Counted from the stretch's first letter, positions 11,644-22,064 are shown. The stretch: 64,000 nt of DNA from Anaeromyxobacter sp. (GCA_049840735.1 JASGJN010000021.1:224001-288000), one strand, 5' to 3'. Notes: a model not told the origin generated them from the letters alone. A program made the numbers and translations.

Positions 11644-13025
11644 GCGCGGCACCGCTGGCATGGCCACATGTGTTGACGGCCCGCCTGAGGAGTCTGCTCG
11701 CGTCTCCGCTCGGGAGGCGCGTCGGCGGGGGTGTCCTGTGGTCGCTCGTCGGCGGGTTCTTAGGGCGCGGGGCCGTGGTCCTGTCCGGGATCGTCACCGC
11801 CCGGATCCTGGGGAAGGCGGACTTCGGCGCGCTCGGGGTCATCCAGAACACCATCCTGATGTTCGGGGTCTTCGCCGGCTTCGGCATGGGGCTCACGGCG
11901 ACCAAGTTCGTGGCGGAGCATCGGCAGGTCGACCCGCGGCTGGCGGGGCAGTGCCTCACGCTCACCGCGATCGTCGCGATGGTCACCGGCGTGGTCGCCA
12001 CCGGCGCGCTGTGGGGCGTGGGCCCCTGGCTGGCGGACAGCATGCTGTCCGCCCCACACCTCGCGCCCGCGCTGCGGGTGAGCTCGCTGGTGTTCCTCTT
12101 CACCGCGGTCCAGGGCGCCTTGACCGGAGCGCTCGCCGGGTTCGAGGCATTCAAGGTCACGGCCTGGGTGAACGTGTGGACGGGCCTGGTGGGACTTGTG
12201 GTGAACACAGCGCTCGTCTTGTGGGCAGGATTCGACGGCGCTGTGTGGGGGCTCGTCCTGGCTTCCCTGGTGGGCTGCGTGGCCACCGCCGCAGCGGTGT
12301 GGAGGGAAGCGCGGAGGGCGTCCGTCCCGCTCGGCCTCTCGCGAGCCGCGGCGCCCTGGCGGATCCTGCTCGGCTACAGCGTGCCGGCCGTGCTCTCGCA
12401 GGCGCTGGTCGGCCCCGTGCGCTGGATGTGCAGCGTGATGCTCGTGAACACGGCCAGCGGGTTCGCAGAGATGGGGGTCTTCAACGCTGCGAACCAGTGG
12501 AGCCAGGTCGTGCTGTTCCTGTCCGCCACGGTCTCCAACGTCACCATCCCCAGTCTCGCGGAGCGGCTCGGGCGTCGGGACCACGGCTCCTCGCTGCGCG
12601 TGCTCAAAGGTACGGTTGCGGCGACCGCGCTCGTGGTCCTGCCCATCGTGATCGTTGCGTCGCTGGCGAGCCCGCTCGTCATGCGCGCCTACGGACCCGG
12701 GTTCGCCCAGGGTTGGCCGACGATGGTGGTGGCGTTCGCGACGGCCGGCCTCCTGGCGGTGCAGTCCCCGATCGGCAACGTCATCCAGGCCTCGGGCCGC
12801 ATGTGGCCGGGCATGGTCATGAACCTGTGCTGGGGCGCTGCCTACGTCGCGTTCACCTGGCTGTGCTTGCCGCTTGGCGCTCTTGGGCTGGCGCTGGCTG
12901 GCCTGGCCGCGTATGCGCTCCACGGCGTCTGGACGACGCTGTACGCGCGCAGGATCTTCGCCGAGTATTCGGCGTTGGCCGGATCGTCCCCAGCTCCATC
13001 GAGCGCAGGCGTGATCCCCAGGTGA
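11640..13025 (+). CDS. wzx: Oligosaccharide flippase (Wzx family)
   Basis: About 12 TM segments; ARILGKADFG motif; located in polysaccharide locus. Confidence 0.82.
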   Translation: MSAAPLAWPHVLTARLRSLLASPLGRRVGGGVLWSLVGGFLGRGAVVLSGIVTARILGKADFGALGVIQNTILMFGVFAGFGMGLTATKFVAEHRQVDPRLAGQCLTLTAIVAMVTGVVATGALWGVGPWLADSMLSAPHLAPALRVSSLVFLFTAVQGALTGALAGFEAFKVTAWVNVWTGLVGLVVNTALVLWAGFDGAVWGLVLASLVGCVATAAAVWREARRASVPLGLSRAAAPWRILLGYSVPAVLSQALVGPVRWMCSVMLVNTASGFAEMGVFNAANQWSQVVLFLSATVSNVTIPSLAERLGRRDHGSSLRVLKGTVAATALVVLPIVIVASLASPLVMRAYGPGFAQGWPTMVVAFATAGLLAVQSPIGNVIQASGRMWPGMVMNLCWGAAYVAFTWLCLPLGALGLALAGLAAYALHGVWTTLYARRIFAEYSALAGSSPAPSSAGVIPR

Positions 13026-13128
13026 ACGCCGGGCGCGAGGCCCTCACGGCCCCGGGAACGCTTGTTCACTGGGGGCACGTGATCTAGACAGTCGGCGGCC
13101 GGGCTCTCCTTCGGAGCCGCGGCACGAG

Positions 13129-14382
13129 GTGAAGATGACAGAGCCGGTCGAGAGCCGCTCCCCCGCGCCCGCGCACTTCCGCGAGCAGCAACCCGTGGGC
13201 TTTCGTATGAGCCTCATCGAAGTGGCCATGCTCCTCGGCCGACACCGTCGGGTGCTCTTGCTGGCGCCCATCGCCGCCGCGATCATCGCCGCCGTCGTGA
13301 CGGCGTTCGTGCCGAGGACCTACCTTGGGGTGGCGCGGATCCTCCCGCCCCAGCAGAACCAGCCCAGCGCGGCGGCGCTGCTGGGCCAGGCCGCCGGTGG
13401 TCTCGCGGGGTTGGCTGGTGGCGCGCTCGGGATGAAGAGCCCGAGCGACCTCTACATCGGCATCCTCAAGAGCGACACGGTCGCGAACGCGATGATCGAT
13501 CGTTTCGGGCTGATGGAGCGCTACGAGGAGAAGCTGCGTGAGGACGCCCGGCGGACGCTGGCGGCGAACGCGCGGTTCTCCGCCGACAAGACCGGGATCA
13601 TCACGGTGGAGGTAGAAGCTCGGGATCCGCAGCTGGCGGCCGACCTCGCCAACGGCTTCGTCGAGGAGCTGAACACCGTCACCAACAAGCTGGCGATCAC
13701 GGAGGCTTCGCAGCGGCGGGTGTTCTTCGAGCGACAGCTCGTGCAGACCAAGGAGAAGCTGTCGGAGGCGGAGGTGGCCCTCCGGCGCGCCATCGATGCT
13801 GGCGGGATCGTCAGCGTCGACGCCCAGAGCCGCTCCACGCTGGAGACGGTCGCCAGGCTTCGCGCGCAGGTCAGCGCCAAGCTCGTCCAGATCGGGGGCA
13901 TCCGTGCATACGCTGCCGAGGGCAATCCGGATCTGCTTCGAGCCGAGCGCGAGCTCGCGGCCCTGAAGGCCGAGCTCGCGCGGCTGGAGTCCGGCGCCAC
14001 CGTAGCCGACCCGGCGCTCTCCGCCGCGGATGCCACCCCAGGGCACGGCGTCGAGACGATCAGGCTCCTCAGGGAGGTGAAGTACCACGAGGTCCTCCTC
14101 GAGCTGGTGGCGAAGCAGTACGAGCTGGCGAGGGCGGAGGAGAGCAGGGACTCGCCCACCGTCCAGCTCCTGGACAAGGCTGCGCCGCCGGAGCGTCGCT
14201 TCAAGCCGAAGCGCACCCTCCTGGTGGCGGGTGCGGCCCTGGCTGCACTCCTCGTGGCCGCCGTGGCGATCATCTGCCGTGGGGCGTGGTCGGCCCAGTT
14301 CTCGGACCCGTCGGCGCGCACGCGGCTGGAGGGCCTTCGGGAGGCGTGGGGGTTGTCTCGCCGGGCCGGACGGGGCGACTGA
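13129..14382 (+). CDS. Polysaccharide co-polymerase / chain-length determinant (Wzz/GNVR type)
   Basis: Two terminal TM segments flanking a coiled-coil periplasmic region; C-terminal LDKAAPPE..KPKR motif. Confidence 0.82.
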   Translation: MKMTEPVESRSPAPAHFREQQPVGFRMSLIEVAMLLGRHRRVLLLAPIAAAIIAAVVTAFVPRTYLGVARILPPQQNQPSAAALLGQAAGGLAGLAGGALGMKSPSDLYIGILKSDTVANAMIDRFGLMERYEEKLREDARRTLAANARFSADKTGIITVEVEARDPQLAADLANGFVEELNTVTNKLAITEASQRRVFFERQLVQTKEKLSEAEVALRRAIDAGGIVSVDAQSRSTLETVARLRAQVSAKLVQIGGIRAYAAEGNPDLLRAERELAALKAELARLESGATVADPALSAADATPGHGVETIRLLREVKYHEVLLELVAKQYELARAEESRDSPTVQLLDKAAPPERRFKPKRTLLVAGAALAALLVAAVAIICRGAWSAQFSDPSARTRLEGLREAWGLSRRAGRGD

Positions 14383-14383
14383 A

Positions 14384-15445
14384 ATGGAAGCCACGCGGAC
14401 GCTTGGCTCAGCGCAGGCTGCCGAGGTCGACGGCCGGTCGGCCTTCGTACTGTGCCATCCCCGGGATCGAAATGACGCCACGTTCAGGTATCTGCGCGTG
14501 GTCGAACGGGCGCTCGCGATGGCTGGGTACCGTTGCCGCGGCATCGTCGAGTCACTCGAGTCGGTCCGGGACGGAGACCTGGTCTTCACCATCAGCTGCA
14601 TTTACGCCCTCAAGGTGCTGCTCAGCCGGAAGCGGGTGAAGCTGGTGCACTGGTTCCAGGGCGTGGAGCCGGAGGAGCGCCGCTTCCTGCACGGGGGGGT
14701 GAAGGGCGTCCTGCAGGGGTGGCTCTGGTCCCTGCTGGAGCGCTGGACGCTGCGGAGGGCCACCTTGCCCTTGTTCGTGTCCCAGGAGATGGCCGAGCAC
14801 TACGGCTGCAAGTACGGCTTCCGCGGCGAGCACTTCGTGATGCCCTGCTACAACGCCGATCTCGACCCACAGGCGTTCGAGGACAAGTACGGCGCGCTCC
14901 GGCTCGTCTACGCAGGGTCGATGCATCCCTGGCAGCGTGTGGGCGATGTGGTCGAGGTCTATCGCGAGCTGAAGCGCTCCGTCCCGGATGTCACGCTCAC
15001 GATCCTGACACGGGAGCTGGAACAGGCCCGCGCCCTGTGCGCTCGCCGCGGGGTCCCCGAGGTCCAGGTTCGCTCCGTGCCGGCCGACCGCGTCGCGGCC
15101 GAGCTCCGGCCCTTTTCCTTTGGCTTCATCCTGCGCGGCGAGATGGCGATTAACCGAGTGAGCACGCCGACGAAGCTGAGCTCGTACATGGCTGCTGGCG
15201 TCATTCCGGTCCTGACGAGCGCCACGCCGGCGCTGGTGAGGGCCGTCCAGTCCACCACGTTCCGGATCGCCGTCGGCGCTGACGCGCCCACGGCGGAGAC
15301 CGCGGACGAGATACGAAAGCTCTACTGGACCGGCATCCGGCCGGAGCAGGTTCTTCGCGACTACCGGGCCGTCTTCGGTGACCTGTTCGATGACGAGACG
15401 AACGCCGTGACGCTCTGTGGGCTCCTCCGGCGCCTATGCTCCTGA
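14384..15445 (+). CDS. Putative GT-B glycosyltransferase
   Basis: VYAGSMHPWQ and NRVSTPTKLSSYMAAG motifs; locus context. Confidence 0.7.
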   Translation: MEATRTLGSAQAAEVDGRSAFVLCHPRDRNDATFRYLRVVERALAMAGYRCRGIVESLESVRDGDLVFTISCIYALKVLLSRKRVKLVHWFQGVEPEERRFLHGGVKGVLQGWLWSLLERWTLRRATLPLFVSQEMAEHYGCKYGFRGEHFVMPCYNADLDPQAFEDKYGALRLVYAGSMHPWQRVGDVVEVYRELKRSVPDVTLTILTRELEQARALCARRGVPEVQVRSVPADRVAAELRPFSFGFILRGEMAINRVSTPTKLSSYMAAGVIPVLTSATPALVRAVQSTTFRIAVGADAPTAETADEIRKLYWTGIRPEQVLRDYRAVFGDLFDDETNAVTLCGLLRRLCS

Positions 15446-16737
15446 GCCTGCGGATCTACCTGTACGGAGCCTGTCTCTGGGGGCTCCTCTGCCTGCCCGG
15501 AGCAGGGCTGGGTCCGGCTGCACCGGCGATCCTGGCGGTCATCGATGCGATGCCGCTGCTGCTCCTCGCGGTGAGCCTCGCGTCGTGGCGGGCATGGGAG
15601 CGAACGAGGCTGAGCCTCCTGCAGCTTCTCGGTATCGCACTGCTGGCAGGGCTGGCCGTGGCGAACGTGGCCGTGACCGCGCTGTCGAGCGGATCCGTGC
15701 TGGATGGGGTCAAGTATCTGGCAGCGCTGGCTCGACCGCTGACGCTCCTCGCCGCGCTCGGGCTGCACCGCGCGGCCTCGGACGCCAGCGGCGAGGATCG
15801 CGCCGTATATCGGTCGGTGCTCCTGCGCGACCTGCGCGTCATCGTGGTCGTCCACTTTGCGGCAGCAGCGGTCCAGCGCGTGTTCCCAGGCGTGGGAGAG
15901 CGGCTGATCCCGTTGGTGTCCGAGACGCAGTCCGGGCTGGCTGCGCTGGCCGAACACGACGTCAGCGGCTTCTTCCCGAACTCGATCGACTTCTCATATC
16001 TGACGGTGGCTGCATACCTTGTGCTCCATGCCGAACGCATGTTCGTCGAGCGCCGCCGCCCGCCGCTGTGGTCGACGGTCGTCTTCGGTGCCTTCGCCGC
16101 CGCCTCCGGGAGTGACGCGTCCGTGGTCTGCTTCGCCATGGTCGTGGCGGCCGGATGGCTCGCGCCCTTGCCCACGGCGAAGCGCCGGCGGATGGCTGGG
16201 GGGGCAGCGGTGTTAGGCGCGCTCGTCGCGGCAGCCACGGCGGGCATCTGGCAAGGCGCGCTCCTGCTCAAGATCGACAACATGATGCTGAGCAGGTTCG
16301 GGCTGTTGTTCGTCAGCACGCCACTCATGATCGCAGAGCATCCAGGCGTGCTCCTGACCGGGCTCGGCGGTGACTTCCACGTGATCGAGGCCGCCATCAA
16401 GGCGCTGCCCCAGGTGCCGCTCGTCTTCACCTACGATGACGTGACGCAGGTCATCAACGACGTCTTCTGGGTCGGGCTCATGCTCTCGCTCGGCGCGCCG
16501 CTCGCCCTCGCCTACGTCCTCTCCTGGCGCTCCCTGTTCAATGGTGCCTGCTCGCTGCCGACGGCGTCACGCGCGATCTCGCCCGCGAGCGTCGTGCTCG
16601 CGATCGTCATCTTCGCGGGCTTCTTCAACCAGATCCTGCTGGTTCGCTCGTTCTATTCGGCGCTCTGCGTCGGGCTCTTCGCCCTGCGCTATGCGCCGCG
16701 GCCGTGCGGCGACCAGGTGGCGGAGGTCACGTCATGA
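15436..16737 (+). CDS. Polytopic membrane protein, probable Wzy polymerase
   Basis: About 10-11 hydrophobic segments with periplasmic loops; lies between glycosyltransferase genes. Confidence 0.55.
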   Translation: MLLSLRIYLYGACLWGLLCLPGAGLGPAAPAILAVIDAMPLLLLAVSLASWRAWERTRLSLLQLLGIALLAGLAVANVAVTALSSGSVLDGVKYLAALARPLTLLAALGLHRAASDASGEDRAVYRSVLLRDLRVIVVVHFAAAAVQRVFPGVGERLIPLVSETQSGLAALAEHDVSGFFPNSIDFSYLTVAAYLVLHAERMFVERRRPPLWSTVVFGAFAAASGSDASVVCFAMVVAAGWLAPLPTAKRRRMAGGAAVLGALVAAATAGIWQGALLLKIDNMMLSRFGLLFVSTPLMIAEHPGVLLTGLGGDFHVIEAAIKALPQVPLVFTYDDVTQVINDVFWVGLMLSLGAPLALAYVLSWRSLFNGACSLPTASRAISPASVVLAIVIFAGFFNQILLVRSFYSALCVGLFALRYAPRPCGDQVAEVTS

Positions 16738-18071
16738 ACCCCGGCGAGCGCTCATCCTTGCCACGGAACGTCGAGGCACCGCGCAGGTGGATCCTCGTCT
16801 CCGCGCATCACTGTGCTCCGGAGATGGGAAGCGAGCATGCGGTCGGGTGGAACTACGTGAAGCGCCTCGCTCGGGTTCACGACCTGCTGCTCATCACGCA
16901 GGACAACGAGTTCAGGCCCGCGATCGAGCAGGCGCTGGCCGGTTTGGACACCGCCGGCCACAGGGTGGAACCGCACTTCGTCCGGCACGGCGCCCGGAGC
17001 GACGGCCGGAAGAACAACCTTCGCGTCTTCTATTACCTGACCTACATCCTCTACCAGTGGCGCGTGCTCCGCCTGGCGCAGGCGCTCTGCGGTCGGCGCG
17101 ATGTCCGAGCGATCCATCACCTCACCATCGTCGGCTTCAGGGAACCGGGATTCCTCTGGCTCCTCCAGAAGCCCTTCGTTTGGGGGCCGGTCGGCGGGCT
17201 GGTGTTCACCCCGCCGGGCCTCTTCGACCTGCTCTCGCCAAAGATGCGCGCGTTCCAGGTCATCCGGAACCTGATCACGGCTGCGCAGTTCCACTGCAGC
17301 CTCCGCGTCAGGCTCGCCTTCCGGAAGGCCACCCGCAACGGCCGCTTCATCGCAGCCACGGAGGACATCGGGCGCAGGTTCACCGCGGCCCTGGGTGGGG
17401 ACTACGTCCGGATACCGGAGACGGGGGCTGAGCCCTCCGCGTCGCAGCTTGGGCTCGACCGCCAGGCCATGGAGCGCCCCCTGCGCTTGCTGTGGGTGGG
17501 TGCGCTCATCGACATCAAGCCCATGGAGCCATTGCTCGAGGCAATCGCCTCGATCGAGGGGCACAGGGCCCGGATCCAGCTGGATGTCGTGGGCGACGGC
17601 GACTCCGCCGAGCGCTACCGCGAGTGCGCCACGCGGCTCCGTGTGAATGCGGTCTTCCACGGGTGGAAGCCGCACGCGGAGGTCCAGCGCATGTACGGAG
17701 GCGCCGATCTCTTCGTGCTCTTCAGCCTCAAGGACCTGACCACGAACGTGGTCTTCGAGGCGCTCGGGCAAGGCGTGCCGGTGCTGTGCCTGGATCATCA
17801 CGGCTACTCGGAGATCGTCGACGCCGGTTGCGGGTACAAGCTGCCGATCACCGGTCGCGACGGGGTCGTCCTCGCAGCGGCCACGGTGCTGCGGCAGGCG
17901 CTGGCCGAGCCGCAGCAGCTCGAATCGCTGCGCGCAGGAGCATTGGCCCGCGCGCGGGAGTTCTCCTGGGATCGGAATGTGGCACAGGTGAGCGCGATCT
18001 ACGCCGAGCTCGCGGGAGGTGGCGAACCCAGGCCCGCTGCCGCCGGTGAGCCAGGGGGAGCACGACCGTGA
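16734..18071 (+). CDS. GT4 glycosyltransferase
   Basis: GSEHAVGW, WGPVGG, LLWVG, FEALGQGVPV motifs; ATGA overlap with upstream gene. Confidence 0.82.
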   Translation: MNPGERSSLPRNVEAPRRWILVSAHHCAPEMGSEHAVGWNYVKRLARVHDLLLITQDNEFRPAIEQALAGLDTAGHRVEPHFVRHGARSDGRKNNLRVFYYLTYILYQWRVLRLAQALCGRRDVRAIHHLTIVGFREPGFLWLLQKPFVWGPVGGLVFTPPGLFDLLSPKMRAFQVIRNLITAAQFHCSLRVRLAFRKATRNGRFIAATEDIGRRFTAALGGDYVRIPETGAEPSASQLGLDRQAMERPLRLLWVGALIDIKPMEPLLEAIASIEGHRARIQLDVVGDGDSAERYRECATRLRVNAVFHGWKPHAEVQRMYGGADLFVLFSLKDLTTNVVFEALGQGVPVLCLDHHGYSEIVDAGCGYKLPITGRDGVVLAAATVLRQALAEPQQLESLRAGALARAREFSWDRNVAQVSAIYAELAGGGEPRPAAAGEPGGARP

Positions 18072-19315
18072 AGGTGTTGCAGATCAACAACAGCGAGGCG
18101 CTCGTCGGTGGCTCGGAGCGCGTCTACCACCTCACGTCCGAGTTGCTGGCCAGGAGCGGGCACCAGGTCTGCAGTCTCTCGTGTGGCGAGGCGCCAGCCG
18201 GCACCCAGAAGCGGGCGTACCTCCTGCGCAGGAACGGTTACTACGGTCGCTCCCCCATTGACGCTGTGCGAAATGCCGTGCAGTTCCTCCACCGTCGGGA
18301 GGCAGCCACGCTGCTCGAGGAGGTGCTGCGCGTCGAGCAGCCGGACGTGGCGCACCTGCACATCTTCTACGGGCAGCTGACCTCCGCGATCCTGCCGGTG
18401 CTCCGGCGGCACCGGATCCCGACGGTGATGAGCGTGCACGAGTACCGGCTCGTCTGTCCGGTCTCAAGCATGTTCAGGCCGGGGCACGGAGTCTGCGAGG
18501 AGTGCAGCGGCGGACGCTACTGGAGTGCCGTTCGCCACGCCTGCAACCGCGGGAGCAGGGCTGCCAGCCTCCTGTCGGCGGCCGAGTGCTACTGGCGGGA
18601 CAGGCGGATTCCGTACCCGGCACACATCGATCACTTCGTGATGGTGTCGGAGTTCTGCCGCCGGAAGCACGTCGAGCACCTGCCGGAGCTCGAATCGAGA
18701 TCATCGACCATCTACAACTTCGTGGACGAGGCCGCCATCGTGGCCCCCGTATCGCCAGCGGAGCCCCGATACGTGCTCTACGCAGGTCGGCTCGCGCCCG
18801 AGAAGGGCGTCGAGGTCCTGCTCGAAGCAGCCTCGCGCATCGGAGGACTCGAGGTCCGGATTGCGGGGACCGGCCCGTTGCTGGTCGAGCTGCAGGAACG
18901 CTGGCGGGGCGTGGCGAACATCCGCTTCCTAGGTCACCTCGGAGGCTCCGACCTGCGCGAACAGCTCTCGAGAGCGGCCTTCGTCGTCGTGCCGTCGATC
19001 TGGTTCGAGAACAACCCGATGTCAGTGCTCGAGAGCTTCGCGGCCGGGACACCCGTCATCGGCAGCGACATCGGCGGGATTCCAGAGCTGGTCGTCGACG
19101 ACGACACGGGCATTCTCGTGAAGCCAGGGGACGCCAGCTCGCTCGAAGCAGGGCTGCGTCGAGCGCTCGCGCTCGAGGGCGGCCAGCTCTGGGACATGAA
19201 GCGGCGCTGCCAGGCGCTCGTGCGCGCCAGGCACAGCCCGGCCTCACACCTCAGCGCACTGCTGGCCGTGTACCGCACTGCGGCCGAGGCGAAAGGTGTG
19301 ACGTTGGCGTGCTGA
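18068..19315 (+). CDS. GT4 glycosyltransferase
   Basis: GGSE, YAGRLAPEKG, PSIWFENNPMSVLES..AGTPVIGSDIGGIPE. Confidence 0.88.
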   Translation: MKVLQINNSEALVGGSERVYHLTSELLARSGHQVCSLSCGEAPAGTQKRAYLLRRNGYYGRSPIDAVRNAVQFLHRREAATLLEEVLRVEQPDVAHLHIFYGQLTSAILPVLRRHRIPTVMSVHEYRLVCPVSSMFRPGHGVCEECSGGRYWSAVRHACNRGSRAASLLSAAECYWRDRRIPYPAHIDHFVMVSEFCRRKHVEHLPELESRSSTIYNFVDEAAIVAPVSPAEPRYVLYAGRLAPEKGVEVLLEAASRIGGLEVRIAGTGPLLVELQERWRGVANIRFLGHLGGSDLREQLSRAAFVVVPSIWFENNPMSVLESFAAGTPVIGSDIGGIPELVVDDDTGILVKPGDASSLEAGLRRALALEGGQLWDMKRRCQALVRARHSPASHLSALLAVYRTAAEAKGVTLAC

Positions 19316-19449
19316 CCTGCCCGCGCTGAGCAGGAGACTGGCCAAGGCCAGAGCCCCACAGGCGTCCATGCCTGGTAGCCGAGTGGGAGCCCATGCTAAC
19401 CGTAAGCCCCGTCCCGGACGGCGCTGACCCGCAGGATGGCACCACGGCC

Positions 19450-20337
19450 ATGACGACCAACCGCAAAGGCATCATTCTCGCTGGCGGTGCCGGCACCCGG
19501 CTCCACCCTGCGACGCTGTCGCTCTCCAAGCAGCTCCTGCCGGTCTACGACAAGCCGATGGTCTACTACCCGCTCAGCGCGCTGATGCTGGCGGGCATCC
19601 GGGAGGTGCTTGTCATCTCGACCCCGCGGGACACGGCCTCGTTCCAGGACCTGCTCGGGGACGGTAGCCGCTGGGGCATGCGCTTCGAGTACAAGGTCCA
19701 GCCCAGCCCGGACGGTCTGGCGCAGGCCTTCATCCTGGGCGCCGACTTCGTACGCGGCGGTCCCTCGGCGCTGGTGCTCGGCGACAACATCTTCTTCGGC
19801 CACGAGTTCCACAGCCTGCTCGAGGCGGCCGACGAGCGGCGCCACGGCGCCTCGGTCTTCGCGTACCTGGTGAACGATCCCGAACGCTACGGCGTGGTCG
19901 AGTTCGATGCGAAGCGGCGCGCGATCTCCATCGAGGAGAAGCCGAAGCAGCCCAAGTCCCGCTACGCGGTGACGGGCCTCTACTTCTACGACGAGCAGGT
20001 GGCCGAGCTGGCGAAGCAGGTCAAGCCCTCGGCGCGGGGCGAGCTGGAGATCACCGATCTCAACCGCATGTATCTCGAGCAGGGCAGCCTGTCCGTCGAG
20101 ATCATGGGCCGAGGCTACGCCTGGCTGGACACCGGCACGCACGATTCGCTGCTGGAGGCGGGGCAGTTCATCGCCACGCTGGAGAAGCGGCAGGGCTTGA
20201 AGGTGTCCTGCCCGGAGGAGATCGCCTGGCGGAATGGGTGGATCGACGACACCGCGCTCGAGAACCTGGCGGCGGCGCTGGGCAAGTCAGGTTACGGGGC
20301 TTACCTGCGCTCGCTTCTCGGGACGCAGGTGTTCTGA
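19450..20337 (+). CDS. rmlA: Glucose-1-phosphate thymidylyltransferase
   Basis: [52 protein letters not shown]. Confidence 0.96.
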   Translation: MTTNRKGIILAGGAGTRLHPATLSLSKQLLPVYDKPMVYYPLSALMLAGIREVLVISTPRDTASFQDLLGDGSRWGMRFEYKVQPSPDGLAQAFILGADFVRGGPSALVLGDNIFFGHEFHSLLEAADERRHGASVFAYLVNDPERYGVVEFDAKRRAISIEEKPKQPKSRYAVTGLYFYDEQVAELAKQVKPSARGELEITDLNRMYLEQGSLSVEIMGRGYAWLDTGTHDSLLEAGQFIATLEKRQGLKVSCPEEIAWRNGWIDDTALENLAAALGKSGYGAYLRSLLGTQVF

Positions 20338-20885
20338 TGAAGATCACGCCGACGGCCATCCCCGACGTGCTCGTGGTCGAGCCGCGGGTCTTCGGCGACG
20401 CGCGCGGGTTCTTCTACGAGAGCTTCAACCGGAGGATCCTGGAGGAGGCCATCGGCCGCTCCCTGGACTTCGTGCAGGACAACCACAGCCGCTCCGCCCG
20501 TGGCGTGCTGCGAGGTCTGCATTACCAGCAGCCTCATCCGCAGGGAAAGCTGGTGCGCGTGGTCCAGGGCGAGGTCTTCGACGTCGCCGTGGATCTGCGC
20601 CGCAGCTCACCGACCTTCGGGGGCTGGGTGGGCGAGCGCCTCTCGGCCGAGGACAAGAAGCAGCTCTGGATCCCGGAGGGCTTCGCACACGGCTTCGTCG
20701 TGCTCTCGGAGTCCGCCGAGTTCCTCTACAAGACCACCGACTACTGGCACCCGGAGTCGGAGCGCTGCATCCGCTGGGACGATCAGCGCCTCGCGATCGA
20801 GTGGCCGGTCGCCGGCCTCACTCCGATGGTTTCGTCAAAGGACGCGGCGGGCCTGGCCTTCGACGCGGCCCCGCATTTCGACTGA
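20337..20885 (+). CDS. rmlC: dTDP-4-dehydrorhamnose 3,5-epimerase
   Basis: FGDARGFFYESF, QDNHSRS, LRGLHYQ, DVAVDLR, GFAHGF, YKTT. Confidence 0.96.
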   Translation: MKITPTAIPDVLVVEPRVFGDARGFFYESFNRRILEEAIGRSLDFVQDNHSRSARGVLRGLHYQQPHPQGKLVRVVQGEVFDVAVDLRRSSPTFGGWVGERLSAEDKKQLWIPEGFAHGFVVLSESAEFLYKTTDYWHPESERCIRWDDQRLAIEWPVAGLTPMVSSKDAAGLAFDAAPHFD

Positions 20886-20898
20886 GGGGGCTCCGAGC

Positions 20899-20946
20899 AT
20901 GTAGGTGGTGCTGACCGGAGGCCCTGCCTTCATCGGCTTGAACCTC
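20899..20946 (+). pseudogene. Relic of an NAD-dependent epimerase/dehydratase N-terminus (rmlB-like)
   Basis: After a GAGGGG RBS, ATG TAG GTG GTG CTG ACC GGA GGC CCT GCC TTC ATC GGC TTG AAC CTC reads M*VVLTGGPAFIGLNL, compare MKILVTGGAGFIGSN. Confidence 0.55.
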
Positions 20947-21132
20947 GGTTCTGGAGGAACGACGCCCCGCCGATTTGAAGGTGGGCGGCCTGGGTGCGAA
21001 ACCCGGGTCTCGTGGACCGCACCGAATCCCACCCTGGATTTTCGAGCAAGACGCCGCCGGACCTCATAGTTTCCTCTCGGGGGGGAGCTCGGGGAGGTCC
21101 GCTTGGCGCTTCGCGGCCGCCGTGCTGAGGCG

Positions 21133-21351
21133 ATGTTGGCCGTGGTGCTCCTGGGAGCGCTCGGCTGCAGCTTGGTTTGCGCCTGGGCCGGCGCACTGAT
21201 CGGTCCGGGGCTGGGCACCTTCGGCGCCGCTGCGGGCCTTTGCCTGCCGGGTGTGGCGCTGGGGCTGAGGTCCTGGCGTCGGAGGAGGAGGTCGCGGCCC
21301 TCCGTCTCCGCCTCCCTTCGCCCTTCTCTTGGCGCCGCGAACAAACGGTAA
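21133..21351 (+). CDS. Hypothetical small membrane protein
   Basis: Two hydrophobic segments followed by an Arg-rich tail; no homology recognised. Confidence 0.3.
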   Translation: MLAVVLLGALGCSLVCAWAGALIGPGLGTFGAAAGLCLPGVALGLRSWRRRRRSRPSVSASLRPSLGAANKR

Positions 21352-21457
21352 CGCGGCGCGCACGGCCGTCCCACGATTCCGGTCCAGCATGGACTTTGTG
21401 ACGTAGGGACCCTTCGGGGTATTCGCGCCTGCGACAGAACGTGCCTAACTGGACTCA

Positions 21458-21673
21458 ATGCGAGCTCACGACCCGCAGCATGCATGGCTTCTTCGCGAGT
21501 GCTGGCGCTGCCTGGGGCTGATGGTGGCCGGCGCGTGGCTCGCTGCGGCCATGAACCCTGAGCTGGGGCAGCCGGGTGTCGTGCTGGGGCTCGCTATTGC
21601 GCTGGTGACTCACGCACCAATCCCGCGGACGGCGATCGCCCGCTCGCGGCCCCACCTGCACGTCGTACGGTGA
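21458..21673 (+). CDS. Hypothetical small membrane protein
   Basis: 71 aa, two hydrophobic segments, GGA before ATG; no homology recognised. Confidence 0.35.
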   Translation: MRAHDPQHAWLLRECWRCLGLMVAGAWLAAAMNPELGQPGVVLGLAIALVTHAPIPRTAIARSRPHLHVVR

Positions 21674-21759
21674 CCACCGCTCCGGCGCGCGGGCTTCACG
21701 GCCGTACGTTCCCGCGGCGAGGCTGCTGCGCAGGTAACTGTCAGTGAAGCCGCCGCGAG

Positions 21760-21816
21760 CTCGTGCTTCGACTCCGCGAGCCGGCTGTGCCGGCTCGCTA
21801 CGCTCAGCACGAACGG
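21760..21816 (+). repeat. Single arm of the palindromic repeat family
   Basis: CTCGTGCTTCGACTCCGCGAGCCGGCTGTGCCGGCTCGCTACGCTCAGCACGAACGG. Confidence 0.88.
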
Positions 21817-22064
21817 GGGCTGGGCTCCGGGGAGTGACTCCCGCCTACGCCGTTGGCCTGCGGCGGTCGGCTTCGGCCCACCTCCCAGCCCCCGCGACAC
21901 GTTGCCCACCCGCCGGCTAGGCCGGCGCCGCGCGCGCGCACAACCTGCGTCGCTTCTACGTGCTTCACCCGATCGGAAGCCAAGTTTGCGCTTCCGGCGC
22001 CTGGTCGCGGGGTGAACATCGCGACAAGGTTTCGATCGCCGGATTCCAGCGTTCGGACGCCACG

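Noticed and set aside
22009..22027. Rex or Crp/Fnr box upstream of hydA (GTGAACATCGCGACAA)
   Set aside because: Too many mismatches to either consensus to call without comparative data.
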